Source: Tubiluchus corallicola (taxonomy: Eukaryota > Animalia > Priapulida). From it: a stretch of DNA of 64,000 nt. The DNA lies in NCBI GenBank assembly GCA_030141605.1, contig JAQGDQ010000046.1, positions 852,789 to 916,788 on the forward strand, read 5' to 3'. Below are positions 26,701 to 38,551 of this stretch, in pieces (position 1 is the stretch's first letter; every line of letters begins with the position of its first letter). The notes under the pieces were generated by a model. The model saw only the letters and a program-made list of their open reading frames with translations. It did not search any database and had not been told where the DNA came from. The position numbers and the translations under genes were made by a program.

Positions 26701-29700
26701 ATATACCAATATCGCATGTCCAGCCAAATAATTCAGTAAACACAAGAAGCATTAGTCCTATTCCTGCTGTTAAATCGGCTAAGCCTAGGCTTGCTATGTA
26801 ACGAAAAGTTACACTATGCAGCTTTTTTGTTCTAAGAATAATTATAACCACACATGAATTTCCAGTAATTATGGCTGCTCCTAGTATAATGCTCAAAGAA
26901 ATCTGAATATTTTCTTCTAGGTTATCTAACGGATCAACACATGCTGTATTATTAGAATACATGTTTAATGAAATAGCGAACTTCTGCTATTGTTTATTTT
27001 TCAGTTGATCTGCAGAAAACTGATAAAGGTACTATTTCTTCCAGCACTTGCAAATTGGTAACTGGCGTGTGCCATCAGCTGATTTAGCAGTATTGCATTC
27101 ACTTTTCACTAGTGATCACTTTGCTTCTTTTAAGCTCCAAAATTCTTCAAAATTGCGATTTTATTACTATATAAAAGCAGCATTTAATATGTGGGCAAAT
27201 TAAGAACTTTACTACACATTACATGTATCACAACCATATAAAGTGTAAACTTTCGTCTTTGCTGTTACTGACATTTGTACTTACTAGTATGTGATCATTC
27301 TTGTTGATCAACAGGGAGACGAAGCAATATATATGTGATTATCAAATAATAGACCTTACAACTTACATGTATTTGTCGAGGTATTTATAGGTTCCCTGTC
27401 ATATATAAGCTTGAACAGTTTCCATGCTTCTCAATTATTCATACCTAGTTACTTGTACTACTTGCTACCCAAATTAACATTGTTCAGAAAGTGAATTGAC
27501 AAATGTGAAATTAATAAAATTTTTGTCAACATTTTTATTTATCGTCAATGTATTAATAAAATTTACACAGAGACTGGTTGGATTAACTGTTTACATGTGA
27601 CTAAAATTCACTGCTATTTACTGGTGTGTCAGTCACTGTTTATTGACTCAGTGAAAGCCAACGTTGTAAAACACGTACAGAGTTATAAACTATAAAATAT
27701 TTGTTCATAGTGTTTTATAAAGGGTAGATCTTACTCTTAGGCGCACCATGAAATTCATTGTGACCATTAGCTGCGTTAGCAATTTTTTGTTGGGACAATT
27801 CACACAGGTTATTCTTTTACTCTCCCAAAAAAGTGCCATTCAAGGTAAAGGACTACAGACAGAAAGTGAAACTATAAATGTAGGTCCTGCGTAATAATTA
27901 TTGTGTAGGAAGTGTTAGTTATAAAATTCTTTTTCTATTATTTGTATTCATAGTTTATCCTGTCTCTAGCTTTATTTGGGGACGATCTGTGTAAAGAAAA
28001 TTTGAATATTTTTTCTACTAGAAAAACTTTTCTGTTCAACTAGGAAAACATAATAGGTGTGCCCTGCCACTGATTGGTCAACACAAGATTGCAGCTTGCT
28101 TAATCATATTAAAAAAGACAAGTGCAATTGTACATATCAGTTAGCTTATTTCTTCTGATGCTTTTTCAAGATAACTTGCATGTTTTGCAGGTATTTCATT
28201 TGGTGCTGGTGGTAGCACTTTAGCAGGCTTGGGGGCAACTGTAGGGACAACAGGAGGTGGCATGGCCAGCAAAGGTCTAGGTGGTGTTGACATAAATAAA
28301 CAGGTTACCACTGCAGTGACTAGCAGTACTGGAAAACCGTAAGTTCTTTCAGTATTAGAAATGATTAGGCACTGACAGTCTGACAGGTACTGGTTGTGCA
28401 GAAAACTTTTAAATGTTGTTTGTAGATGTCTTGAAAACATTGAATGAACATCGCTAGGGGATGGCTTATAATGGTCTCCTAGACAATGTAGTTATTTGCT
28501 TACATCATTCATTTTAATTAGTCGCTTGTGTTTATGAAAATAAGATTCAGATGGTTAAAAGTTGTTCCACACACAGACGAAATACCAATTTGTACTAACA
28601 TTTATTTAATCATTGATAATTATCAATGAATCATCACTATATTGTGAATGTCAGAACTAGATATGTTTTGTTTTAAGACTGCTGCCTGGCACACACTCAT
28701 GTATAGCATCTATGACCTTATATTTAAATCACGAAAAAAAATTTCTGTCAGTTTTCTGTCAGGCTTATCTATCAAGTAAGTGTCCTTATATGTGCATGTA
28801 ACAATATTTTTATTTATTATATTCTTTACAGTATCTATTTAGTTTAGCTCTTAGTAAAGGTATATGAAGGCACAAATCTAATTTTCTGTGGTTGATTTTT
28901 TACATAATTATTGTACAGGTGATGATACAATAACTCGAGATTAAATTTAATTCGAGAAAATGTTTACCATTGCTAAATTTTGTAACTAAAATTGATACCA
29001 CATCTTATTGTAGGGAGAACAAAGCGTTAAAAGACACTGCACTTCCCAAAGAAATGTTAGAAACAGTCGAAGAGTTGAAGTAAGTTTCGTTCTAAAAAGC
29101 TTTGTTTCAAACTTTGTTTAAGGTAATTGATCTGCAGTTTACATTTTAGAACACTAATTTGCAATTACAGAACATTAATTATTGAACAAAAATTTAGCTA
29201 ACTGAGCAAACAGTAATTGATTTCTAGGAAACTAAAAAAGTGTAGTGCTTTTCTTGAAATTTTGATTTGGTATATGCATCGTGTGCACAAAAACATTGTT
29301 ACTTAATTGCTATATAATATCCAAATGAAGAATATAATGCTAACTTTGATAATGATGATGATAATATGAGAAAAGTGTTAAGTAGTTTAGCAGTAGAATG
29401 TGGGTAAGCCCCTCATGTAATTAATAAAATCAATTTAAAGTAATGATCACTTCACCCTTGGGTGTGCTCATTTTGAACGAAAAATGGCATCATCTGTTTA
29501 CAGTGTGGTATAAACACTTATCCCACCAGGTGCTTGAGCCAACGTTTTTGCAACTATTATGCACACCATACACAGTCCAAAATGTTAAATTACAGATTTA
29601 TTAATACTCTTTTTGCCTTTTGATGAATCCCGTTGCCCATAGGTAGTGAAAACCAGCTATCAACTACTATATAATAACCTCCAACTCAGCTAGTTAACTC

Positions 29701-32700
29701 CGACAAAGCAAGCTAAAACTCAAGTCTATTTTCTTAGTAACCCACTTGCGCCTATTGTATACTCATAGCCTCGCAGGATTCCATGCTTATCTAGAATTAC
29801 ATCATGTATAGTGCTTACATATTTTGAAGTATAATCCTGTAGATTAAAACTACATATGCACTTTTAAAGGTTTTGCTAATTGGCCTTGTGCATATTTTCT
29901 GAGTAAACTGCAGAAGTTTTTGTTACGTGTGTCTTCCGGCACGGTCCACCTAGTTTGCATCATTTTTTCAAATATATCCGCACCGAGGTTTATTAGGCAG
30001 GAAATTAGAATGATCGAATTTTTTTTGCATTTTTAAGCAAGACATTTTATTTGCATATATTACCTGGTAATTTCAATATTTCTACATGTACAGTTGGCGC
30101 CGCTTAATAGACTCGCTTTGGGACCAAATTAACCGACTGAACCTATTAACCGATGGGTGTAGTATTACTGGTATAGAAGTATGAGTCATCACCTTAGTAT
30201 GCACTGCAAAGGTTTTTAATGAATTTTAGAAACGAATCAATGCCTAAATGCCTTTGTGCAGTTAAATATTTTAAAATATTAATTTATGTAAGTGAATGAG
30301 CAAATAAATTAAAAAGTATACTTTCCAAATCACACAAGTCTATTTATTTGCAAAAATTACTGTACCTTCATCTTTGACTAAGCTTCAAAACGAAACTGCT
30401 AGACAAGTGATTAAATGTTTAGCTTCCAGAAATTCTTGGGTAACGAGGTTAATTGCCGTAGACGAGCGGGTAACACATTCAAACCAAAACCGCTACTCTA
30501 GCTTATTAGCGCATGATAAACGTACCTGCTTACAAACAAAACGGTACTTAACGTGATTGTTTCTACATATATTATAGAGAATAAAAGCGAAGTAAAGATG
30601 GCATAAAAGTAGGAAAGGCTCTTTGGGCACATACATTATTTTAAGTATGTGAAGGAAAAATATCGAGTCAATTGTGCAGAAGTATTTGAGTCAATTATAG
30701 ACAGTTTTTATGTACATTTGAAAAGAAGCATTTTTGAGTCAATTAAGCGATTGAGTCGATTAACCATGAGTCTATTAAGCGGCACCTACTGTATATTAAA
30801 ATACAATGAATGTTGTTCAAGAGTTGGTTTTTGCTTTAAAATATTTTTAAATAAAGTCGATTTGGGTTAAGTAAATGTAACGTTATTTAGTTTACATGCT
30901 TGTGTTGTGATTAACTAAACTGCTTGCATCATATCAGACATGATTAAAACAAATTGCTTACTAGGTAATATTTGTAAATTCATTTGTTTGGTTGTATTCC
31001 TTATGGCATTTTATGGCATTCTAAAGATTTTGAGAAAATTTGCTTTTTAGAAAATACGTGAAAAGTCAGAAAGAGGTCAAAGAGCAAATTGCTCGCATGT
31101 CATCCCGGCCACTGTACAAGGTTGAGGAGGATTTGCTGGGACTCAGTCGTATTTTAGGTGTAGTAGCCAATGGCCTGCAGCAGAATGCAGCTGCTGTAGA
31201 AAAATTAAAGCACAATACTGCACAGGTAAAACTAGAGTTTATGCATTTTTTTTAAATATACTGCCTGGGATTTAAAGTAATAAGCTTTTCTGTTTGTATC
31301 TAGGAAAAATTTTGTGAGCTGACAATTTGGTCTAAATATTGCTGAGTAGTAGTTTCTTTTACCATTAGTGTATTTTTTCTGGAGATTGCAAAAATGCCAA
31401 ACATGACAATTCCTAAATCACTCTGTGCCCCATCGCATTTGCATGACGAGCAAAAGCTCTTATTTGTGCGGTTATAATGATTTTAGATAATTCGCAACTA
31501 CCAATCTACCACCGTGAAATCAATCATTGTTTAAAACTTTATTTTACCTTGATTGTGCTCTCCTGTGTTCAGTTTCACTTATACAGTTGTGTTTGGCTTT
31601 TGAAGGTTTTTATTCATGCCTGTAGCTAAAATCTTTCGGAAGATTTGTCATGGGAAACTATGTCTAATAAAAGATATATTCACAAAATGTCTTTTTTTAC
31701 AAAATTTTTTAGTGGTACTGCCCTTTTCTGTTTAACTTCTATTTTGGCACCTAGAGTGCATTCTCTGTGTATTATCTCTCTGATATAATATCTCTCTATT
31801 ATCATATCATCTCTGAAATATTAACTTTAATGAAATATAATAATATGTTCTTTCAAAGAAGCTTTTTTCATCATATATTAAGAAGTGGAATAAATTGTTT
31901 GGGATTCAGGAACCAGGAATCAGTAGTTTTAAAAAGGCATTACTTAAAATGCTTCATCCTCCTGTAAAACGTTATTATTTTTCATGGAGTAGGCATCCTG
32001 TTGCTTTATTATGTTGATTGCACCTAGGTACAAATGCTTTAAACTATTCTCTTTGTGAACAGAAATTAAGTTGGTCACCCATATATAATAAATGTAATCT
32101 ACAGGTTGGTACTCCAGCACATTTTTGTTGTTTGATATGCTGTGCATATAATAATATATGCTAATGGCACGTTCAGATGTAGTGCCTTCTCTCTCAACTT
32201 GTTACGCAACTTCTCTCTGAGAGCAAAGTTGCAACGTATGAATGGTTTGGCAACTTCCCTCCCAACTTGTAAGGTGTGAATGGCTTGGCAACTTCTCTTT
32301 TGAGAGAAGTTACTCAACAAGCTGCGGGAGAAGTCTCTATGTCTGAACGTGCCATACGCATTTTTACTAGCTTCTGTTCTTCAACCTTACATCCATTTTC
32401 ACAGTTCATCTGTCAGTGAAAAATGTAACCTGCTCCTTTTGCAGGTCTAGTGATCCCTTTGACTCTGCTAATTATCTGCTTATGTATGTACTTTATGTTT
32501 TTCAAAAGGCAAATTTAACAGTAGTAATTTATGCTGTGTTGTTTCTGTTTTTGTTAAACTGTGTCTTAGTTATAAGTCTTGTTTATGTTATGCCTGGCTA
32601 GTCCTGTGATCTTAGCTTACTTGAAATTATGATTTTTTTAACAAAATCCATCCGTTTAATATGAGTCATTTCATTTGTTAATGCAATACTCGACTGTGAA

Positions 32701-35700
32701 AGTAGGTAATGTTCTGTTTACTGTTGTAATTGTGTCTTACTTAATTGTCTCTGTAGTGGGTGTGAGTGGGTGTTAAAAGCAAGAGTCGTACAAAAGAATT
32801 TTGAATTAAGCCGGCTGCTGCTTCTTTGGCCATTCTCAATTTTCTATATATGTTACATACAAGAAAAAGATTTTAATTTATTTGCAAATACCTTTAGCAC
32901 GAATCATGCTGTTGTTGTATATTATCTGCTTTTGTAAATGTGTAGAAGTGAAGAAAGTGTTGTATTTAATGACAATTAATCTTTGTTTTCAGGAGCTAAG
33001 AAATGCTGAGGTTGCTCAGAGAACAAAAGATACACCCCCAGGATTACAATACGATAATATTGCACCTGCTGAGTAAGATTTTGACATCTTTTTGCCTTAC
33101 TTTGAGATGCTTATTGGTAATCAGCACGATTTAATTTGATCCATTATCAGCTAATTTTACTCTAGCTGAATCCTGTATGTGCAAAGACATTTTGCTCCAT
33201 TATTTGTAAAAATTGTGATCTAAAGTTGTCTAAAATGCTTCACATTGGAATCATTCATTTAAATTCTTTTTTTAAACTGTTTTAGTGGCGTAATCATACA
33301 GAAATTGAATACGTCAACTATGCTCATTTTTCTGGGTTGATAAAAAATTGTTCCTTTTACAGATATTTTCAACGTTTGGTGCAGCAGTTTGAAAATAGAA
33401 TGCAAAATTACAGACAGCAGATTCAGTTAATGGAACATCATTTGACTTTGTTGTCAGAAAGTTCTGCCATTACACCTCAAGGTAGCATGCATTGATAGCA
33501 TCATTATTTTTACTGACTGTAAATATGACAATATAACTTTCCAAAGAAAATAGTTATCAACCTTTCAAACAGAGGAGTGGTCACTACAGTAAGAATTGGT
33601 CATTGTAGAAATGTTTAACAGTCTAACACTGTAATGAGATACACGGATTTCTGTAGAAATAACCCACCTTTTGCAGTTATCTTTGTTAATTAACTACTTG
33701 TTGCAATAATGACTTAAGTGAATTATGTTGTCAGTATTTGCATGTGTTAGACCATCGTCTGTAAAAATTTTCATGTTTCTCATTGTTCCTTTTATATGCA
33801 TGTATGAAACGATTATGACAATAATGAGTTATATATTTTTTGCAATGGACTATTTGGTATTATATATTTTTACTTGTGGTCATTTTGTTCCTTATGCCTA
33901 GTGAAGGAATTGGTTTGATTCCATTGAATTTGAAAACATGTTCTGTTTTTTTTACCTCAAAAGCACTGCTTGTTTAATGTCAATCATTTTCTAGAAAACA
34001 AGAATTAGTTTAGCATCATAGGGTATGAACAAGATCTTGGAAAGAATAAGACCAGTGGCTGCTAAAATTATTGAGGCTAAAACTTCAGATAATTTTTAGC
34101 CATTGTTTTAATATTGTGTAAAACAAAACAAACATATGAAAAGAGAACACGCACTGAGTCAGAAAGAAACACTATTTTATACTTGCACAACAGGGCCGGC
34201 ACTGCGTATATAACAGTGCTCTACCTGGCGTACAGCTTCTTATCTCGGATATGTGCCAATGGCCACATGCGCACAACAGCCAAACATTAGGTCACTAAAA
34301 CTGTGAAGCGCACAGTTTCATACAAGGATTTTTATAATTTTTTCATAAACTAGGACTTTAAGCTCAAGGTTTATATAATGTACAAGTATAAAGAAAGAAG
34401 TAAAGAAAGAAAGACTCATTACGCTGAATGTTATCGATAATATGGAGTGAAAATAAGGAGTGCTGAAATATGCTCATTGAAATATGACACTACTGGATAT
34501 ATGACTCATGACTTTCACAATGTAACTTCATCATAATGTTCATCAGCATTGGGTCATTTGGCAACTTGCCCCATCTATTGCTAGAGTTCGAAAACATTTG
34601 CATTTTTTGTACGATAGCCTTTTGAGATGTTTGAAAATCAAACAAGTAGTTTTAATGAATTGACAAAATTTTATTGTTTGTTTTTGCAGAGTTACTACAA
34701 GTGATTCACAGGATTCATGATTCATTTATTGGTTTAGCTGCTCATTTGTATGCAGTACATGAAGCTGTAAAAGTATGATTTGCATTTATGTCTAGGCAAA
34801 TAATTTTTCTTTATGTTGTAAGCAAATGTTATCAGCCAAAGATGAATTCTCTATGACATTATCCCCATTATTTCATCATTAAGCTTGACTGGTAACATTA
34901 ATTTTTTCTGGTTAGTTTTCAAAAGTATCTGAGAATTGACTAATCTTGAGGCAAACGACATTCACATAAAATGCAAAGCTTTTAACATTTATTTGATGGA
35001 GCTTTTACTTAGCTTAGTAGCTTCCTCAAGTGGTACTTTCACCCTTCTGTGGAACCAAGAAACTAACTTCATCTCTTTGTCTTGTTAAATATAAAACAGC
35101 AGTAGTGGAGACATGATGACATGCTTGCCAACCGAAAAAACTGACCCTGATCATTAAATAAGATGAGTGACTACTGGGAAAATTTTGGGTAGTTTTGTCC
35201 GCATTTTATCATTGGTTATTTATGTCACTGATACGTTGTATACACATTTGAAGTGTGAACTGAGACAACTTTTTCTGTTCATTGTTGTCTCTTCTTAAAC
35301 TCAGAGAATTATCCTGAATAAGAAGCTAGATTCTGTTCCTGTAATAACCATTGGCATTAGGTAGGCTTTGCCCTTGATTACTGTATTCTGGCTTGCAGAG
35401 CGTTGATGTATAAAAAACATAATAAGAACAGTTCAGGCTAATTTATTTAAAAAACTATTTAAACCTTTATCTAGTCAATATACTTTTTGCAAAGTTTGTT
35501 TTATATTTGACTATTTAAGTTGCTCTATGATCTAAATACATCATGCAAATATTACGTAAAAAAAGATGTTGTTAAACTATCTTTGTGTGAAAAAATTGGC
35601 GCAACTTGTAGATGACATGAAGTGAAGAAAGATGAGTGAACCATATAAGATGGATGAAACTTAACAACATAATAATGGGGAGATGTCCTTTGTTGTGATA

Positions 35701-38551
35701 GCAGGAGCAAAGAAACTCAGAACCCATTGATAAATTTTGTGAATTTTAAAGCATAGTGTTGTTGTAACTCTAACCTCCATAAACTGTAAAATGATTCTGA
35801 AAAGACAGAGCAAGAGACAGAAGTGATATTGTGCATATCAAATTGTATTCAAGTATTTTGTGTCATCTGATTTACAAGTGCTTGTTTATGAATATAAATA
35901 TGTTTGGTATTTAAACCAAACTGTTGTTTAGTGTTTAGAGTTTACTTGACTAAACTGTACCACTTTACAAACAGGTTCTAGTATTCAAGTTTTTTTCTTT
36001 TTCATTAGGTTCAAAAGGAGCACTATCTGAATTACCGCCGCGTTGTGCATAATGACTCGGTTGATGTTTTTCGTGCTAGAAAGCTGAAAGAGGAGCAGCA
36101 TCGTGCCACTAACGTCTTAGAACCTGCAGTTGGACCAACCCCGTTTTCTGAGATGCCTAGTGCAGCAGCTATTGCTATGGCAACTGCTATAAATCGAAGT
36201 CAGCAACCATCGCAAGGTTTGCTAAATTTTTATTTCAAAGTGTTTTTACTATACAAAATCATTTGTAGAGCAAAACTGAAAAGTCATCCTACATTCATTT
36301 TTCTTATGAGTTACAAAGTCTTAAATACTTAAAAATTTCTGTTTTTTTGTTGGCATTTAACCTTGTTTAGCATACTAACATTGCTGTATACTACTCACCA
36401 AGTGCTGTTATCATTAGCAAAGTGATTTAAGTCAGTTAGGCAAAATAACTTATTTGAATGGATTATACCTGAATTTGGATAGATAACCATTACTAAAGTT
36501 GGAACAAATTTATGTTTCAGACAAATCAATAAACGAAAAAGTAAACAAAGCAAAGATTTGACAGTAAATAGTAATATTTGTTCAGTATTATTAGAAAAAA
36601 TTTTACATTTCTGATTTGCTAAAATGCGACATATAATTTTGCAGTATAACAGCAATACAATATTTCTATTGTACGCTTCTTCTAAATCTAAACTGTGGAT
36701 GTAAACCGTTCAAATCATATTAATTGGTTAATTATATAGCACTAAACTGATCCATGCTTCTACATTGTAGTATAATTGCTGTAATGAATTCCTGTTGGTT
36801 AAGTGAGATTTGTAACTGTACAAGTGTAGTCAAGTTGCTGCAGTTGAAAAATTGAAATATTTTTTGTCTTAAATATTTACAGTAGCAGTGGTGAATTGGT
36901 TCAAGTGAAAATATCAGCAATTAACTGTAACCTTATAAGTTGCCTCAGTCTGCCTTTAAGTGATAAAAAACCAGCAGTATTCCAGCAAAGTGAGAATTGT
37001 ATTCATAAACATAATGCAAGCAAAAATAATAAACAAAGCAGTTTTACATAAAAAGTAAGAAACATTACCTGAGCATTCAGGAGAATTTCAGTAGTGTCGC
37101 ACTTGGCTCATAAGTCTGCTGTAGCGATTTTACGCCTACACATCTTGCTCTTTTCAATGCATACCCATGCAACACTTTTAAACCTCTGTTCTAGAACCTG
37201 CATGATAGGAAAAGTAAATGGCGTAAAGCTTCAATTTTATATTTAAAAAATTTCAATTGCTTTTACCGTAGTGATGGTACGAATATGGAATTTGCTAGAA
37301 TGTCGAATACGAGTAATTAACAAACATTTCATTTCAGAAAAAATGATCGTCAAATAATCTTTGAACAGATAGATGAATCAAATTTAAAAACTACAGATGC
37401 AATATGACGTACTTGTAGCCGCAAAGCAAAAACGAAATCTAGAATCTCTTTGTGCCATGATAGATCATTATTTGCTAATACAGTTTTCTTTCAAATACTT
37501 CAATTTTACTATTTCCGAATAGAAATACCTTTAAATAGTCAGGGAAAACTCGAATACAGTATTACGATTTTCGACCAATTCACGAACATTCGTCCCATTG
37601 CTAGTTTGCCACAAGGTGAACCCCATTGATCGATCATTTTCAGTAAAAATAAAAAATCAAATTAGTGAGAAATGTATGAAACACCTGCCTGTGTTCTGTT
37701 TCAGATTAGTGCTTGTTTTCTTGCAGCTTCTTTGCAACAATGGTTGAAAAAACTTGCCAGAGGAATTACTGCTTTTAAATTTGCATTGTGCAAATTAATG
37801 CAAATTCAGCAACTAATTGCTGCTGCCATTATTAGTCTGTCAAATATAATTTAAGTTTAGGCTTTCATTGATGTTTAGTTGTAGTGTTTTAGTCAGATCA
37901 GCATTGCAGCTGCACTATTAATGAGTCATGCATTGCAGGTGGATTATTAACCAGTAGCAACTTAGGTCAGTCAGTACTTGGTGGGTCGTCAGTTGGATTT
38001 GGGACATCCTCGCTCAAACCCATGGGTAATGAAAATTTAACTTAATTACTAGATTTATTTAGCTTACACTAGCTGTATACATAGTGAAATATACTTGCGA
38101 AAATAGATCTTTGCTCCAACTTGCAATAATGTCATTGTGACATATTTAGAGGCAACAAACAGTCTATAGCACAGTTCAGTTTGATTTGGTTATTTAATTA
38201 TAGACTCCTGCACCTTGGATTTCTGAAACTTTTTCAACTGCTTTTTAAATCTTGACGAAACTTAAAAACAAATTGCAATTGATCTCATATAGTGTATGTA
38301 TAATTATGGCAGCACTAGTGGTTTAATAACAAAACGTTTGAAAAAGTGATTTTGAATGCAAGGATATTGTAAGACATTGTCTTTTTAATTGTTTGTCTTC
38401 AGGATTTGGCTCAGCATTTTCCTCAACTCTTAATCAAAGTTCGGGATTTGGAAATACGTCATTAGGAGAAGTGACACCATTAAGCTTAACAACCAACCAA
38501 CCATTTACTCTGCAAAAACCGCCGACTGGTGGCAAGCGAAATAAACGATAG
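22862..38551 (+). CDS. NUP58: Nucleoporin p58/p45 (NUP58/NUPL1), 11 coding exons, ~629 aa
   Basis: Phase-consistent GT-AG exons: 22862-22931, 24188-24892, 28191-28338, 29014-29079, 31051-31225, 32993-33072, 33363-33481, 34690-34772, 36009-36216, 37939-38025, 38403-38551 (1890 nt). FG-repeat N-terminus, then KGLGGVD, PENKALKD, KYVKSQKEVKEQIARMSS, AQELRNAEVAQRTKDTPPGLQ, YFQRLVQQFE, GPTPFSEMPSAAAIAMA and C-terminal LQKPPTGGKRNKR, all matching recalled NUP58 segments. Confidence 0.95.
23614..23750. repeat. Compound trinucleotide microsatellite (TTA)(TTG)n(CTG)n
   Basis: About 45 triplets in NUP58 intron 1; the source of the poly-Cys ORF 23517-23750. Confidence 0.95.
25862..26962 (-). CDS. Intronless class A (rhodopsin-family) GPCR, 366 aa, nested antisense in a NUP58 intron
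   Basis: Seven hydrophobic segments with TM1 GN, TM2 SLGLADL, TM3 C...ISVERY..IVYPL, TM4 W, TM5 IIFCY, TM6 FIVSWFP and TM7 NSLMNIFVY followed by helix-8 KDFRDAL. N-terminal NNT glycosylation sequon. Intact ORF. Confidence 0.95.
   Translation of the reverse strand: MYSNNTACVDPLDNLEENIQISLSIILGAAIITGNSCVVIIILRTKKLHSVTFRYIASLGLADLTAGIGLMLLVFTELFGWTCDIGICAAAMGVLSLSITASVGLYGAISVERYICIVYPLRRHSIITNKKVIISEVGIWSVSLTLSIMGASIYYADGQTGNHDCLYFEGSFGIFALICDILRASFIFPTIIFCYTKIVQAAIRQRQLIRNSIPHNLDVDSYHLENSLKLVKAITLTVGLFIVSWFPFFIASLLYRICDEIDDCAFTMEITNFSYFYLLGISNSLMNIFVYAFKIKDFRDALKTECKNLITKIKIWKCANFSDKCDRAMSSSRPLLVSTISKSESRDIREVPEQHNSYYTETSFKL
30091..30791. mobile_element. Tc1/mariner (pogo/Tigger-like) MITE
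   Basis: TIRs CAGTTGGCGCCGCTTAATAGACTC / GAGTCTATTAAGCGGCACCTACTG, flanked by TA on both sides. Confidence 0.85.
32165..32354. mobile_element. Palindromic MITE, PIF/Harbinger-like
   Basis: TIRs TGGCACGTTCAGA / TCTGAACGTGCCA with extended internal complementarity; 3-bp flanks taa/tac. A related copy lies at 42910-43130. Confidence 0.8.
37269..37603. mobile_element. Degenerate hAT-like MITE
   Basis: Left TAGTGATGGTACGAATA versus reverse complement of right TAGCAATGGGACGAATG, with subterminal cgaata motifs. The target-site duplication is poorly preserved. Confidence 0.55.

Noticed and set aside
35113-35152. Box C/D snoRNA-like ATGATGA...CTGA in a NUP58 intron
   Set aside because: Too short, with no convincing terminal stem or guide sequence.
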